In this document: one piece after another, positions 1-9,168 of the stretch | How the letters are laid out: each line of letters starts with the position of its first letter | Numbering within the stretch: position 1 is the stretch's first letter | From: Dehalococcoidia bacterium | GTDB lineage: Bacteria; Chloroflexota; Dehalococcoidia; Plut-88900 | Assembly: GCA_965197585.1 (NCBI GenBank) | Contig: OZ240215.1 | Span: forward strand, 960,001-1,024,000 | DNA: 64,000 nt | Direction: 5' to 3' | Translations under genes and position numbers: made by a program | Notes under the pieces: generated by a model | Told to the model about the DNA's origin: nothing | The model's input: only the letters and a program-made list of their open reading frames with translations | Database searches by the model: none

Positions 1-1053
1 ACGATTGCATCTCTGAAGATGTATTACCGCAATCGCCAGGCCATCTTCTGGACGCTTGTCCTGCCCCTGATGTTCATAGTCATCTTCGGGCTGCTCAATT
101 TCGGCTCCTTTTCGAATGTCGACATGGGTGTCGTTGACGAGGCGGAGACCCAGGCTGCGGACATCCTGACCGGTGTGCTGGAAGACTCCGAGGTTGTCGA
201 GTTGTCGCTCGGGGCGAAGGATGCGGAGATGCAGGCCCTGGAAGACGGGGACCGGGACATAGTGATAGTCATCCCGCCGGGCTTCGGGGAGTCAGCCGCC
301 TCGCCCTCAGTTCAGGCCTTCTATGCTGAGGACCGGTTCCAGCAGGCCCAGGTCGGGCAGGGAATTGTGCAGGGAGTCCTGGATGAGATAACCCTCCGCA
401 GGGCGGGCGTCGAGCGCGGGCTAAGCATCGAGGCCCAAGCCGTCGATAGCAAAGGGCTGGAGTACGTCGACTTCCTGGTACCGGGCATCATATCCATGGC
501 CATCATGCAGATGGGCATATTCAGTGTTGTATTCTCGTTGATCCAGTTCCGCCAGCAGGGCGTGCTTCGCAGGCTGTACGCGACGCCCATCAGGCCTTAC
601 AACTTCCTGATCGGCCAGGTGTTCACCCGGCTCCTGGTATCCATAGTCCAGGTTGCAGTGTTGCTGGGAGTCAGTGTGCTGATATTCGACGTGAAAGTAG
701 AAGGGAATCTCGGGTATCTGTTCGTGCTGGCCGTGCTCGGAGGGGCGTTGTTCATAGCAATCGGGTTCGTGGTGTCCGGGTTTGCGAAGAACGAGGAAGT
801 CGGGGCTCCGTTGGCAAACATCATCGCATTGCCTATGATGTTCCTCTCCGGGGTCTTCTTCCCTACGGACACACTGCCCGGCTTCCTGGAGGACATAGTC
901 CAGTACCTGCCGCTGACTTTCCTGGCAGACGGGATGCGGGAAGTGGCCATCCAGGGCGCAAGCCTTACGGAGATTCCCTGGGAGTTGTTGGGCCTGGTGG
1001 TATGGCTCGTGATAGCTTTCATAGCGGCTACCAGGGTTTTCAGGTGGGAGTGA
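1..1053 (+). CDS. ABC-2 type transporter permease (frame open from the window start; ATG at 19)
   Basis: Multiple TM segments, 'YVDFLVPGIISM', 'PMMFLSGVFFP', 'YLPLT' ABC-2 membrane motifs. Confidence 0.9.
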   Translation, partial: TIASLKMYYRNRQAIFWTLVLPLMFIVIFGLLNFGSFSNVDMGVVDEAETQAADILTGVLEDSEVVELSLGAKDAEMQALEDGDRDIVIVIPPGFGESAASPSVQAFYAEDRFQQAQVGQGIVQGVLDEITLRRAGVERGLSIEAQAVDSKGLEYVDFLVPGIISMAIMQMGIFSVVFSLIQFRQQGVLRRLYATPIRPYNFLIGQVFTRLLVSIVQVAVLLGVSVLIFDVKVEGNLGYLFVLAVLGGALFIAIGFVVSGFAKNEEVGAPLANIIALPMMFLSGVFFPTDTLPGFLEDIVQYLPLTFLADGMREVAIQGASLTEIPWELLGLVVWLVIAFIAATRVFRWE

Positions 1054-1075
1054 GCTTAAATCAGGAGGGTTAGGC

Positions 1076-1747
1076 ATGCATGATTTTCAGGGTCGGGAGA
1101 TATTCGAGTCAGTAGCGGAGATGGTGAATCCGAAGCACACGGTGGTCATGGTCCACGACATGCAGAACGACTTTCTGCACGATGACGGCATCTTCAAGAA
1201 GGCCGGAGAGAGCATCGACGTGTCGGGGTTCTTGGGCAACCTGGTGGACTTTGTGGCGAAGGCCCGAAGCCACGGGGTGAGGATTTGGCAGACCAACTTT
1301 ACCAGCCTGCCCAACCTGGGTGCCTACGATGATCCGCTGGCCAACAAGAGGTGGAACCTGGTCGGGGACCCGGCCAAGCACAAGTACGCCAACCCGACGG
1401 TGCTCGGGAGCTGGGGCTGTCAGACGATTGACGAGCTGAAGGCCCAGGAAGGCGACATAGTAATCAATAAGTACCGCACAAACACGTTTGTGCATTCTAC
1501 TTTCGAACTCATACTGCGAAGCCATGGGATAAAAACGTTCATCTCGACAGGCGTGGCGACGGAGGTCGGCATACTGCCGACGGCGTGGACGGGGACTCAG
1601 CTGGGCTTCTTCCCGGTGATACCGAGGGACCTGGTCGGGGCACGGGTGGCGGAGCTGCACAACGACGCGATGAAGTTCATGGAACGGCTGGTTTGGGTAA
1701 CGGACTCGTCGGAGATACTGGAGGCCTGGGAGCGGGGGTACGAATAG
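1076..1747 (+). CDS. Isochorismatase/cysteine hydrolase family protein
   Basis: 'HDMQNDF', 'INKYR', 'TGVATEVG' motifs; Gly at the usual catalytic Cys position; GGAGG RBS. Confidence 0.85.
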   Translation: MHDFQGREIFESVAEMVNPKHTVVMVHDMQNDFLHDDGIFKKAGESIDVSGFLGNLVDFVAKARSHGVRIWQTNFTSLPNLGAYDDPLANKRWNLVGDPAKHKYANPTVLGSWGCQTIDELKAQEGDIVINKYRTNTFVHSTFELILRSHGIKTFISTGVATEVGILPTAWTGTQLGFFPVIPRDLVGARVAELHNDAMKFMERLVWVTDSSEILEAWERGYE

Positions 1748-1786
1748 TGGGGTGGCCTGTTGTTAGGGCCTCTTCCGGCGCTAGGA

Positions 1787-1857
1787 ACACCCTCACTCTC
1801 CTCGGCGAGCCTACGGCCCTAGCCCTCTAACGCGCTGGTGCATCTACGGCCCATCAA
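1787..1857 (+). repeat. REP-like family C (CACCCTCACCCTAGCCCTCTCCCATCAA) carrying two 21-bp inserts
   Basis: Matches 4154-4183 and 48906-48948 after removing 1797-1817 and 1829-1849. Confidence 0.7.
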
Positions 1858-1993
1858 GAGACCTTTACGAAACTGCGGGTCGCGCCTTTGGTGTCAACCA
1901 GACCAGCTTATCCCCCTCCCCCCGCTCACACTTCGACGGGGCTCAGCACGAGCGGCCCCCCGGCCCCTTCGGCACGGGTCATACAAAGGTCAC
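1858..1993. mobile_element. Putative MITE-like remnant with GAGACCTTT...AAAGGTCAC ends, containing a family B repeat
   Basis: GAGACCTTTACGAAACT at 1858-1874 and imperfect inverted AAAGGTCAC at 1985-1993; the same left end recurs at 4184. Confidence 0.4.
1921..1960 (+). repeat. REP-like family B (CTTCGAnnnGCTCAGnnnGAGCGG)
   Basis: Similar to 5342-5380, 10347-10408, 10456-10499 and 47683-47745. Confidence 0.7.
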
Positions 1994-2475
1994 TATTCGT
2001 CAGGTGGTGGGGGCGTTTCATCAATGTCGGGGGGAGGGGTGAGGAGGGCTTCGCAACGAGCCTTTAGGGCCTCGTTCATTCTTTCGAAGCCTCGGCGGGT
2101 GGCGCCGCCGATGAGCCAAATGATCGGGATGACGAAGAAGCCGGATACCTCCTCGCCCTGTACGAAGCGGCAACGGGTGTCGTCTATGGGGTCGATGATG
2201 AAGTAGTGCTCCACGTCGAAGAGGCCGGGGAAGAGGATATTGCTCCTCCAGCTGAAGCCTCTTCCCTCTTCGACGAGTACAACACGGGGAGTTATCGTCG
2301 TGCCCTTGGCCCGAGGGGGTTTGATGAAGACCTCGATGCGCTCCCCTTCGACTATGTTGCCGGAGGCAAGGGGGAGGAAGGGGTTCCAATCAACGTATGA
2401 ATCGAGGTCTGAGAGTACGTCCCAAATGACGGACACAGGGGCCTCGATCTCGATTTCAGCGGCGATTATCCGCAA
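1993..2475 (-). CDS. SRPBCC/polyketide cyclase family protein
   Basis: 'EIEIEAPVSVIWDVLSDLDSYVDWNPF' and 'GFERMNEALKARCE' SRPBCC signatures. Confidence 0.85.
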   Translation of the reverse strand: MRIIAAEIEIEAPVSVIWDVLSDLDSYVDWNPFLPLASGNIVEGERIEVFIKPPRAKGTTITPRVVLVEEGRGFSWRSNILFPGLFDVEHYFIIDPIDDTRCRFVQGEEVSGFFVIPIIWLIGGATRRGFERMNEALKARCEALLTPPPDIDETPPPPDE

Positions 2476-2478
2476 GAC

Positions 2479-3291
2479 TTAGCGGCCCTTGTAGTTCGCC
2501 TTACGCTTGTCCCGGAAGGCGGCTACACCCTCGACGTGGTCCTCGGAGGTGAGGGTGATGGTCTCGAGGGCGGCGGACATTTGCATTGCCGTTTCCAGGT
2601 CCATGCTCAGAGCCTTGTATAGCATCAACTTGGATAGCCGTAGGGCGATGGGGGGGCCATCAGCGATCTTCCGGGCCATCTCCATAGTAGTGGCTTCCAG
2701 CTCTTCTTCAGGCACGAGCTTGTTGAGCATACCGAGACGATAGGCCTCGTCGGCCTGCAGGAAGTCGCCTGTGAACACCAGCTCGGCGGCCTTGGGAATG
2801 CCGAGGGTCTTGGCGTAGAGCCACATGCCGCCCCAGCCGGGGAAGAGCCCGACGCGGATGAAGGCTGCGAGGAATCGGGACTTGGGCGTACCGACTCGGA
2901 GGTCGCAGGCGCAGGCCAAGTCGAATCCCGCGCCGGCGGCTACACCGTTGATCATCCCTATGACCGGCTTCTGCATCCGGTGCACGCCAAGGACGATGTC
3001 CATGGCCTTGCGGAAGTTTCGGCGGATCGCCTCGGGGTTGGCCCCCCTGCCGTTGGCTGCGTTGCTGGACTCGTTGCCCGGGAGCTCGGAGACATCTGCA
3101 CCGGCTGAGAATGCCCTGCCGGCACCGGTAAATACCACGACGCCGACGGAGTCGTCATCACCCAGTTCCTTGATGGCCAGGCCCATCTCCTCTTCCATAT
3201 GGTCGGTGATGGCGTTTAGTTTTTGAGGGCGATTGAGGATGAGCTTGGCGATGCGGCCATCTCTTTCGATGAGAATGTCATCGTAAGACAT
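2479..3291 (-). CDS. Enoyl-CoA hydratase/isomerase family protein
   Basis: 'LNRPQKLNA', 'AFSAGAD', 'INGVAAGAG' crotonase motifs. Confidence 0.92.
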   Translation of the reverse strand: MSYDDILIERDGRIAKLILNRPQKLNAITDHMEEEMGLAIKELGDDDSVGVVVFTGAGRAFSAGADVSELPGNESSNAANGRGANPEAIRRNFRKAMDIVLGVHRMQKPVIGMINGVAAGAGFDLACACDLRVGTPKSRFLAAFIRVGLFPGWGGMWLYAKTLGIPKAAELVFTGDFLQADEAYRLGMLNKLVPEEELEATTMEMARKIADGPPIALRLSKLMLYKALSMDLETAMQMSAALETITLTSEDHVEGVAAFRDKRKANYKGR

Positions 3292-3466
3292 CTGTGGTCT
3301 CCTTATGGTTTAAGGCGTGAGAAGGTCAAACAGGAATGAAAAGGTCTTGCCTGGATGCAATGATAAGCGGGCGCGTCGGGTCGGGCAAGGGGTGGGGAGG
3401 TGGGATGGATGCAGGACTCGGCCCCGCTCATATTGGACGGGTCCGGCAGGCGCCGTCCCCCACTCC

Positions 3467-3491
3467 AGGGCGACCGGCCGATCTCCCCTAC
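3467..3491 (-). repeat. GTAG-type REP-like palindrome
   Basis: GGGCGACCGGCCGATCTCCCCTAC imperfect hairpin ending in CTAC; a relative is at 43523-43550. Confidence 0.5.
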
Positions 3492-3627
3492 AGGGGGGAG
3501 GGTATTCAGTTGTGGGGGAATGAGATGGGGGTGAGGTCGGTTAGGCAGTCTCCTTAGTTGGCTGAGAAGGGGGACGAGGTGAGGATGAGGGTTGCCAGCG
3601 CTCCCTCTGCGGCCCGGGACGGGGCGT

Positions 3628-3851
3628 GGGAAATCATCTGCGGGTAAGCGCAGGCATCCGCATCTACGCCGGTGAGGGCGGAGCGGGAAATCATCCGCGA
3701 CGTATAGCCGCAGGCATCCGCATCTACGCCAAGGGAGGCGGAGCGGGAAATCATCCGCGATAAAACGCGGGCATCCACGGTCGTGGGGCAAGCTCGCATG
3801 GGGTATGAGCCGTGGGTAATCATCCGCGGCGAGGGTACGCGGGCATCCGCA
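3628..3851. repeat. Four imperfect tandem units, core GGG(A/T)AATCATC(C/T)GCG-N-CGC(A/G)GGCATCC
   Basis: Unit starts at 3628, 3685, 3745 and 3814 (spacing 57/60/69). Confidence 0.85.
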
Positions 3852-3897
3852 GCGTTGTGGCGTTGCGGGGAAGTGGGCCGAGAGGGAGCGCTGGTCT

Positions 3898-4038
3898 TCA
3901 GGTACATCCTCGGTGGTCTAAGGGACTGGGAAGGGACACGAGGTTGGGAAAGGAGGGTGGGAGGAGGCGCGTGCCGGTTGCCGTGCGGTCCCATACCGCT
4001 CGGGTTCGACGGGGCCTTGTTAGGCTTGTGCGACTCAT
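3898..4038 (-). CDS. Putative 46-aa peptide (MSRTSLTRPRR...) downstream of an SOS-like promoter
   Basis: AAGGAG RBS just before the ATG and a promoter about 60 nt upstream; no recognisable domain. Confidence 0.35.
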   Translation of the reverse strand: MSRTSLTRPRRTRAVWDRTATGTRLLPPSFPNLVSLPSPLDHRGCT

Positions 4039-4097
4039 GGGACTCCTTGGTCCTTTCCTTTGGTAGGCCCGGCGTGGGGCGCCGGTACCTAGTGGGC

Positions 4098-4127
4098 AAT
4101 ATAGCACGAATGTTCATATCGAGTCAA
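4098..4127 (-). promoter_or_regulatory. Sigma70 promoter TTGACT-N18-TATATT with LexA-like box GAACATTCGTGC
   Basis: -35 at 4122-4127, -10 at 4098-4103, box at 4104-4115 resembling GAAC-N4-GTTC; homologous to 48977-49006. Confidence 0.65.
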
Positions 4128-4153
4128 GGGAGTGGGGGCACAGCTATCGGGGT

Positions 4154-4200
4154 GATCACCCTCACCCCAGCCCTCTCCCATCAGAGACCTTTGCGTAACT
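4154..4200 (+). repeat. REP-like family C half, truncated at its loop by GAGACCTTTGCGTAACT (IS-like end)
   Basis: Same junction as at 1857/1858. Confidence 0.6.
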
Positions 4201-4261
4201 CCTAGAACGGGGCCAGATTTAGCGTCTCAGTCAAACTGTCCAATCCTGAATCCCCAGCCCC

Positions 4262-4285
4262 AGATTCCTCGCGGGGCCTCGGAAT
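4262..4285 (+). repeat. REP-like family A (AGATTCCTCGCGGAGCCTCGGAATGAC), interrupted by IS481
   Basis: Matches the intact copy at 38524-38557 up to GGAAT. Confidence 0.85.
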
Positions 4286-5341
4286 TGTGGATGTCAGGTA
4301 ATTCGTTGACAGAATTAGGTGGATTTAAGGGTCTCCAAAGGGGTCTTTCCGTCCATTGCCTGGTGGGGTCTCTGAGTATTGTAGTAGATCAGGTATTGCT
4401 GAAGCTCGTCCTTCAGTTCCGAGACCGATTCGAAGGTTGTCCCCTCCAGCAGGTCCTCGTTCAAGGTTCTCCAGAACCGCTCTATCTTCCCGTTGGTCTG
4501 GGGCCTATAGGGTCGGGTGTAGCGGTGCTTTATGCCCAGCTCATTGAGCATCCGTTCCATGGGGTGGCCCTCGGTGTTCCTTGGGGAGGCCATCTCGGGG
4601 CCGTTGTCGGTGAGGATGGCCTCGAATTGGATGCCGTACTCCACGTTAAGGAAATTGATGGACTTCAGAGTAGCAAACATAACGGAGAGACTCTTGATGT
4701 CTCCGACCACTTCGGCCCAGGCCAGACGGGTGTAGGCGTCGATGAGGCCCACCAGGTAGTAGCGGTGCTTGGTGCCCACGATGGTATCCCGGCTGAGGTA
4801 GTGGCTGTCCAGGTGGCCCAGCTCTCCTGCCCGGGTCTTGATGATCTTGCGCTTCGACTGCTGCATCGGCTTTGTGAGCCTATTGAAACCGTGGCGTCTG
4901 GTGATGGCGTAGATGGTGGAGGGCTTAGGGGTGTTGTGTTTAAGGATGGGTTTGAGTATGGCATAGATCTCGTAACGGTTGGTACCGTTAAGGCGCTCGT
5001 TGATGACCTTCTGCTCAATGTAGGGCAGGGTGCGGCGGGACTTCCACCCGGGACCCCGCTTACGGGGGAGGAAGGCGTTGTCGGAGGGGGAGAGGAGGAA
5101 CCGGTTGTAGTACTTGGCGAAGGTCTGACGGCTAGTGCCGTGGAAGGAGTAGAAGTCCTGGGCGAAGCGGAAACGGGGATGCTTCCCTGCCTTGACCAGT
5201 TGATACTCATGGATGAGGAACCGCCACTTCTGAATGTAGTTACGTTCAAGGGTGAGGTCCTTGCTATTGTCTCGCATTCTCGCCTCCAGATTGGTGTTGG
5301 CCTCTTATACCAATCTGTCAACGAATTACCTAACACTTACA
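4286..5341 (-). mobile_element. IS481-family insertion sequence, copy 1 (1056 bp)
   Basis: TGT...ACA ends, about 27-bp imperfect TIR containing AGGTAATTCGTTGACAG; near-identical to 47810-48865; no matching TSD on the right. Confidence 0.92.
4315..5277 (-). CDS. IS481-family DDE transposase (rve integrase core)
   Basis: 'GHLD', 'LTDNGPE', 'RPYRPQTNGKIERFWRTL', 'YYNTQRPH' motifs. Confidence 0.93.
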   Translation of the reverse strand: MRDNSKDLTLERNYIQKWRFLIHEYQLVKAGKHPRFRFAQDFYSFHGTSRQTFAKYYNRFLLSPSDNAFLPRKRGPGWKSRRTLPYIEQKVINERLNGTNRYEIYAILKPILKHNTPKPSTIYAITRRHGFNRLTKPMQQSKRKIIKTRAGELGHLDSHYLSRDTIVGTKHRYYLVGLIDAYTRLAWAEVVGDIKSLSVMFATLKSINFLNVEYGIQFEAILTDNGPEMASPRNTEGHPMERMLNELGIKHRYTRPYRPQTNGKIERFWRTLNEDLLEGTTFESVSELKDELQQYLIYYNTQRPHQAMDGKTPLETLKST

Positions 5342-5481
5342 CTCCCGCAATAGACGGATCTGCGACAGGGTGAGCGGCCCCACCCCTGGGGATGGATTCC
5401 GGCTCTCGGCGCATGCCAAAGGCGTATCTTCGACATCTTCGTCCGGCTCTCGGTAGCGGGGATGATCCGCCTAAGTCGGAC
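5342..5481 (+). repeat. Cluster of a family B half-repeat and a family D repeat with nested 22-bp inserts
   Basis: Inserts at 5345-5366 and 5413-5434, the latter inside a split unit 5400-5412/5435-5443; hairpin TCCGCCTAAGTCGGA at 5466-5480. Confidence 0.7.
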
Positions 5482-5561
5482 AGGCTCCCCTCATGGGGAT
5501 GGGGTGGGGGTGTGCTATCATGTCGAGCGAAAAATCGGGAGCAAACGAGAAGGAGAAACAG

Positions 5562-7256
5562 ATGACCACGGCTGCAAAATTCGACGTTAGGCATCGGAGC
5601 AGAATTGTCGCGGACGGGCCGGACCGGGCGGCGGCTCGGGCGATGCTAAGGGCGGTCGGCGTCGGGGACAAGGAGTTTGAGCAGCCGTTCATCGGGGTGG
5701 CGAACACGGCGTCGGATGTTACGCCATGCAACGTGCACCTGGACAAGCTGGCGGAGCGAGTCAAGGCGGGTGTGAAGTCGGCGGCGGGTACGCCCTTCGA
5801 GTTTGGGGTGCTGACCGTGAGCGACGGGATATCGATGGGTACGGAGGGGATGAAGGCGTCGCTGGTGAGCCGGGAGCTGATCGCCGACTCCATTGAGTTG
5901 GTCTCCCACGGCGAATACTTCGACGGCCTCGTGACGATTGCGGGCTGCGACAAGAATCTGCCGGGGGCGATGATGGCCGCGGCACGGCTGAACATTCCGA
6001 CAGTCTTCCTATACAGCGGTACGATAATGCCCGGCAGATACGCCGGAAGAGACATCAGTATCCAGGATGTTTTTGAGGCCATAGGCGCGCATAGCAAGGG
6101 CCGGATCAGCGACTCCGATTTGAAGGACATCGAGTGTGCGGCGTGCCCGGGAGCGGGGTCGTGCGGGGGGATGTTTACGGCCAACACCATGTCCTCGACC
6201 ATCGAGGCTATGGGTATGGCACTGCCGGGGGCGTCGTCGGAGCCGGCGGTGGAAGAAGGGATATTGCAGAAGTCGTACGAGGCAGGCCGGACTGTGATGA
6301 GGCTGTTGGAACAGGGGATAAGGCCTCGAGACATCCTGACTAAGGAAGCGTTCGAAAACGGGATTGCAGTCGCTGTATCGATGGGCGGCTCAACTAACGT
6401 CGTTCTCCACCTACTAGCCATAGCTTACGAAGCCGGGGTGGACCTCAGCATCGAGGACTTCCACAGGATCAGCGAGCGCACGCCGTATATCGCGGACATG
6501 AAGCCAGGAGGCCGGTACCTCATGGTCGATCTGCACCGGGAAGGCGGCGTCCCGACGGTCATGAAGCGGCTCCTGGACGCAGGACTGCTGCACGGGAGTG
6601 CGATGACGGTTACGGGCAAGACTGTCGAGGAGAACTTGGCGGATGTGGAGATTCCGACCTCCGGCAAGGTAGTCCATCCCGTGGCCGAGCCCCTGAGTCC
6701 TCACGGTTCCATGGTGATACTGAAGGGTAATCTCGCACCCGAGGGAGCGGTGGTGAAGTTGGCTCATCCGGAGGATCTGAGCAAGGTCCACCGGGGCCGG
6801 GCGAGGGTGTTCAACAGGGAGCAGGACGCCTTCCGAGCCGTGGACAACCAGGAAATTGTGGCAGGAGACGTAGTCGTGCTGCGCTACGAGGGGCCCAAGG
6901 GCGGGCCCGGAATGAGGGAGATGCTCCACGTGACCGCCGCCATTGTAGGGCAGGGGCTGGGGGAGGACGTGGCTTTGATAACCGACGGCCGGTTCTCGGG
7001 GGCGACGCAGGGGTTCATGGTTGGGCACGTGGCTCCGGAGGCGATGGTCGGTGGGCCGATTGCGGTGGTTAAGGAAGGCGACACGATTGTCCTTGACATC
7101 CCCAACGCCCAGCTCAACCTGGACATTTCACAAGAAGATTTTGACCGGAGGCTGGCGGCGTGGGTCCCGATTCCGCCGAACTACACAACGGGTGCGCTGG
7201 CGAAATACGCCAAGCTGGCGACTTCCGCGTCTCAGGGGGCGGTGACGATGGGGTAG
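5562..7256 (+). CDS. ilvD: Dihydroxy-acid dehydratase
   Basis: 'PCN', 'SDGISMG', 'GCDKNLPG', '[10 protein letters not shown]', 'GGSTN', 'GPGMREM', 'TDGRFSG'; AAGGAG RBS before ATG 5562. Confidence 0.96.
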   Translation: MTTAAKFDVRHRSRIVADGPDRAAARAMLRAVGVGDKEFEQPFIGVANTASDVTPCNVHLDKLAERVKAGVKSAAGTPFEFGVLTVSDGISMGTEGMKASLVSRELIADSIELVSHGEYFDGLVTIAGCDKNLPGAMMAAARLNIPTVFLYSGTIMPGRYAGRDISIQDVFEAIGAHSKGRISDSDLKDIECAACPGAGSCGGMFTANTMSSTIEAMGMALPGASSEPAVEEGILQKSYEAGRTVMRLLEQGIRPRDILTKEAFENGIAVAVSMGGSTNVVLHLLAIAYEAGVDLSIEDFHRISERTPYIADMKPGGRYLMVDLHREGGVPTVMKRLLDAGLLHGSAMTVTGKTVEENLADVEIPTSGKVVHPVAEPLSPHGSMVILKGNLAPEGAVVKLAHPEDLSKVHRGRARVFNREQDAFRAVDNQEIVAGDVVVLRYEGPKGGPGMREMLHVTAAIVGQGLGEDVALITDGRFSGATQGFMVGHVAPEAMVGGPIAVVKEGDTIVLDIPNAQLNLDISQEDFDRRLAAWVPIPPNYTTGALAKYAKLATSASQGAVTMG

Positions 7257-7348
7257 ATTGAGTCCCCGCCGATAAGGTATTAGAATAAGCTGGGTTTGCT
7301 GCCCGCAGACCGAGCGATGAGACCCTAAAGCTTGGAGGCCTGCCTCGT

Positions 7349-7600
7349 ATGACCTACATAATCGCCGAGCCCTGCATCGGAGTCAAAGACCTGGCCTGCG
7401 TTGAGGTCTGCCCAGTCGACTGTATCCACCCCTCCGACGGTGAAGGGTACGATATGCTGTTCATCGACCCCGACGAGTGCATCGACTGCGCAGCGTGCGA
7501 ACCCGTGTGCCCGGTGACCGCCATCTTCGAAGAGTCCGAGGTGCCGGAGTACTGGGCCCAGTACTACGACATCAACATCAACTTCTTCAAAAGCGACTAG
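7349..7600 (+). CDS. fdxA: Dicluster (7Fe-type) ferredoxin
   Basis: '[18 protein letters not shown]' and '[12 protein letters not shown]'. Confidence 0.9.
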   Translation: MTYIIAEPCIGVKDLACVEVCPVDCIHPSDGEGYDMLFIDPDECIDCAACEPVCPVTAIFEESEVPEYWAQYYDININFFKSD

Positions 7601-7616
7601 CCCGGCCTTACGCCGG

Positions 7617-8021
7617 TCAATCGCGCCCGCGTCCTTTTGTGAGCGCTTGCGCGGCGTTGGCGTCGGGCTTACCCCACGCAATGATCAGCTTGAGGGGCGA
7701 ATCGGAGTTGTTGCGCATGCCGTGGTCTATGCCCTCGGGCACCAGAACGGCCTCGCCAGCCTGCACTTCCAGGGTCTCATCCCCGAACCACATCTCGCCG
7801 CGGCCTTCGAGGAAGTAGTAGAGCTCTTCTAGGGAATTTTCGCCTTCGTGAGTGTGGGCACCTTCACTGACTCCCGGGGCCAGCTCCCATAGCTGAAACT
7901 TGACCGGCAGGCGGGAGATCTCGTCGAAGAAGCCGCGCATGTCGATGTTACCGTCGCCGTGGTGGACCGGCCGAGAGATGATGCCGGTCGAGTCTTTCTC
8001 TTTCCAATAATTGGGAGCCAT
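7617..8021 (-). CDS. Cupin domain protein
   Basis: 'HTH...EELYYFLEGRG' and 'VPEGIDHGMRN' cupin metal motifs. Confidence 0.88.
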   Translation of the reverse strand: MAPNYWKEKDSTGIISRPVHHGDGNIDMRGFFDEISRLPVKFQLWELAPGVSEGAHTHEGENSLEELYYFLEGRGEMWFGDETLEVQAGEAVLVPEGIDHGMRNNSDSPLKLIIAWGKPDANAAQALTKGRGRD

Positions 8022-8049
8022 GCTGCCCTCCTTGGATGGGTATCGGGGT

Positions 8050-9135
8050 TTAGGCTTGAATCAGCCACTCGTCGTACGGGTCTCCAGCGGATAGCATAGC
8101 AGTCATTTTGACGTCCATGCCGAACTGTAATTCGTGTGCCAAGAGCCGCCAGCCCTGGAGCATTGCGTCTTCCATCTCCGGGGGCCGAGGGTTTGAAGGA
8201 GGGAAGAGGCGGGGATTTCGCTTGTGCTGGCGGACCTTAATCAGGGTGTCGCTGACGGTTTCAATATCGACTTCTTCGTGAAGGGACTCGCGGTCCCGCT
8301 TGATGAAAAGGGCAAAGGCCTGAGGGGCGGAGTCCACATCTTCCAAGTTGTAGTCCCGCATTATCTTGCGGGCTAGCTGGACATGGGTGACCCGGCTGGC
8401 GTGCTCTACAATCGCTCGGGCCCCGCTAACTCCGTACATTTCCAGAAGGGCGATGATGTGACTGGTGACATATTCCACGGAGTAGTTCCGAAGGGCGCGG
8501 GCAGAGCGTTCCTCCGTCCAGTCTTCCACCGGAAGCTTCGGTCCATTTGCCGGATCGAAGGCGGGACCGCGCTCGGTGGGGCTGAACTGGAGCCGTTCAT
8601 CGGGTTCGAGGTCCCGGTCGAAGATCTTGAAGTATCCCTCGTAGCAGGAATCGCCCTGCTGGGAGGGCTGGGTGAGGACGAACCCGAGCCTCGGGTTGCC
8701 CAGGGAAACGCCATTGTGAGCGTGCCACGCCCAGAAAGTTGCGCGCCCTGTCTTGGGAGCGTAGGCGGCAATGCTGACTGCGGGGGAGAAGGGGCTGTCC
8801 GACATGGCGTAAGGAGGCGGGTAGCGGACCCAGACCTTCTCGGGGGTCTCCTCTATGTAATGGACGTCAAGGCCGCCCAGGATGTTGGAGAAATAGTGGT
8901 ATTTCCCGGCCTTCACGGCGTCGGAGGGTTCCTTATCCAGGCCAAGCTTTTGGAGGCCGGGGAGGAAATAGTTGAGCTGGTGACGTCTCAGCATCTTAAA
9001 CTTCAGGGTAGCGACGGCGTCCTGGCCATGAGCGCGGATTGTGGCCAGCTCCAGAGCGGAACATATGGTCATGTACGTATCGTTGGCGAGTTGGCACTTG
9101 CCCATGAGGGACTTGTTCCATTCGGGGACGTGCAT
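8050..9135 (-). CDS. Conserved hypothetical protein, paralog 1
   Basis: 361-aa ORF with RBS, highly similar over its full length to 9169-10254. Confidence 0.85.
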   Translation of the reverse strand: MHVPEWNKSLMGKCQLANDTYMTICSALELATIRAHGQDAVATLKFKMLRRHQLNYFLPGLQKLGLDKEPSDAVKAGKYHYFSNILGGLDVHYIEETPEKVWVRYPPPYAMSDSPFSPAVSIAAYAPKTGRATFWAWHAHNGVSLGNPRLGFVLTQPSQQGDSCYEGYFKIFDRDLEPDERLQFSPTERGPAFDPANGPKLPVEDWTEERSARALRNYSVEYVTSHIIALLEMYGVSGARAIVEHASRVTHVQLARKIMRDYNLEDVDSAPQAFALFIKRDRESLHEEVDIETVSDTLIKVRQHKRNPRLFPPSNPRPPEMEDAMLQGWRLLAHELQFGMDVKMTAMLSAGDPYDEWLIQA

Positions 9136-9168
9136 AGTTGACCTCTCTTCAGATTGGGAGTTGAGGGT

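Noticed and set aside
3303-3791. Cys-rich repeat ORF as a RiPP precursor
   Set aside because: No credible start or RBS, an upstream in-frame stop, and no modifying enzymes nearby
3628-3851. Possible CRISPR array (about 60-bp period)
   Set aside because: Repeats are degenerate, the intervening sequences resemble each other, and there are no cas genes or AT-rich leader
4285-5373. Long antisense ORFs over each IS481 transposase (also 14532-15758 and 47691-48959)
   Set aside because: Shadow frames expected from codon bias, with no domain similarity; they recur only because the IS is repeated
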